Part shown: piece after piece, positions 63,750-64,000 of the stretch | Layout of the letters: each line of letters starts with the position of its first letter | Position numbering within the stretch: the stretch's first letter is position 1 | Source: Isosphaeraceae bacterium | GTDB lineage: Bacteria > Planctomycetota > Planctomycetia > Isosphaerales > Isosphaeraceae | DNA length: 64,000 nucleotides | Reading direction: 5' to 3' | Assembly (NCBI GenBank): GCA_965201075.1 | Contig: CBDAVP010000014.1 | Location: 248,001-312,000 of the forward strand | The notes under the pieces: model-generated | The model's input: the letters and a program-made list of their open reading frames with translations, nothing else | What the model was told of the DNA's origin: nothing | Database searches by the model: none | Position numbers and translations under genes: made by a program

Positions 63750-64000
63750 TCTCCACCGTTGTGCGTGCCCAAGAACTGGCTCCCTTTGAGCCGCACCGCG
63801 CGGCGGTCCCGCCCCTGATTCGGGGAGTTCGCTCCCCCTTCGCCCCCAACACCACTCGCGGGGGCGGGACCGTCCCGCGCAATGATTCTTGGCCCTTTGA
63901 TCCTGGTCTGGCCTGGTCAAACCTGGTCGGGCCGGCGATTGGCTCCTCTCCCCCCCCCCCTTTGAGTTCTTCACCTTTTGCTTCGCCCCGCAACCGGAGA
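63750..64000. ncRNA. Candidate structured non-coding RNA (identity unknown, may run off the window)
   Basis: Nested long stems: CCAAGAA/TTCTTGG, GCGCGG/CCGCGC, CGGTCCCGCCCC (63804-63815)/GGGGCGGGACCG (63861-63872). Hairpins GGCTC/GAGCC and GGGGAG-TTCG-CTCCCC. Confidence 0.45.

Noticed and set aside
63790..63885. tRNA (including tRNA-Sec)
   Set aside because: No cloverleaf, T-loop consensus or anticodon arm could be built on either strand.

Overview
High-GC bacterial chromosomal window, most likely from a planctomycete of the Isosphaeraceae/Singulisphaera type. This is inferred from the DUF1559 prepilin-like cassette, DUF4058, Uma2 proteins, a LExRxLL-motif protein, sulfatases and a BlaI/M56 pair. 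It holds about 55 genes, including dnaA (3' part), surE, rsmA, riboflavin synthase, ExbB/ExbD/ExbD, a TPP enzyme, katE, a DacZ-like diadenylate cyclase, a prokaryotic pentameric ligand-gated ion channel, a bestrophin and an aquaporin. There are at least four families of REP/REPIN-like palindromic repeats. The best-supported signal is a complete IS110 element (7171-8360) inserted at a CT core inside a repeat array. Its left end contains a readable bridge-RNA-like region whose four putative guides match this target and this donor, and its joined ends would form a promoter. Other notable signals: a signal-less family-5 solute-binding-fold gene interrupted by one in-frame TGA followed by a hairpin (possible selenocysteine or readthrough); a low-GC tandem-domain SGHY toxin-like orphan in a small decayed island; a strong GC-skew flip at about 48.5-55.5 kb; and a structured non-coding RNA candidate at the right edge. 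All family assignments come from motifs recognised by eye. No searches or folding computations were run.
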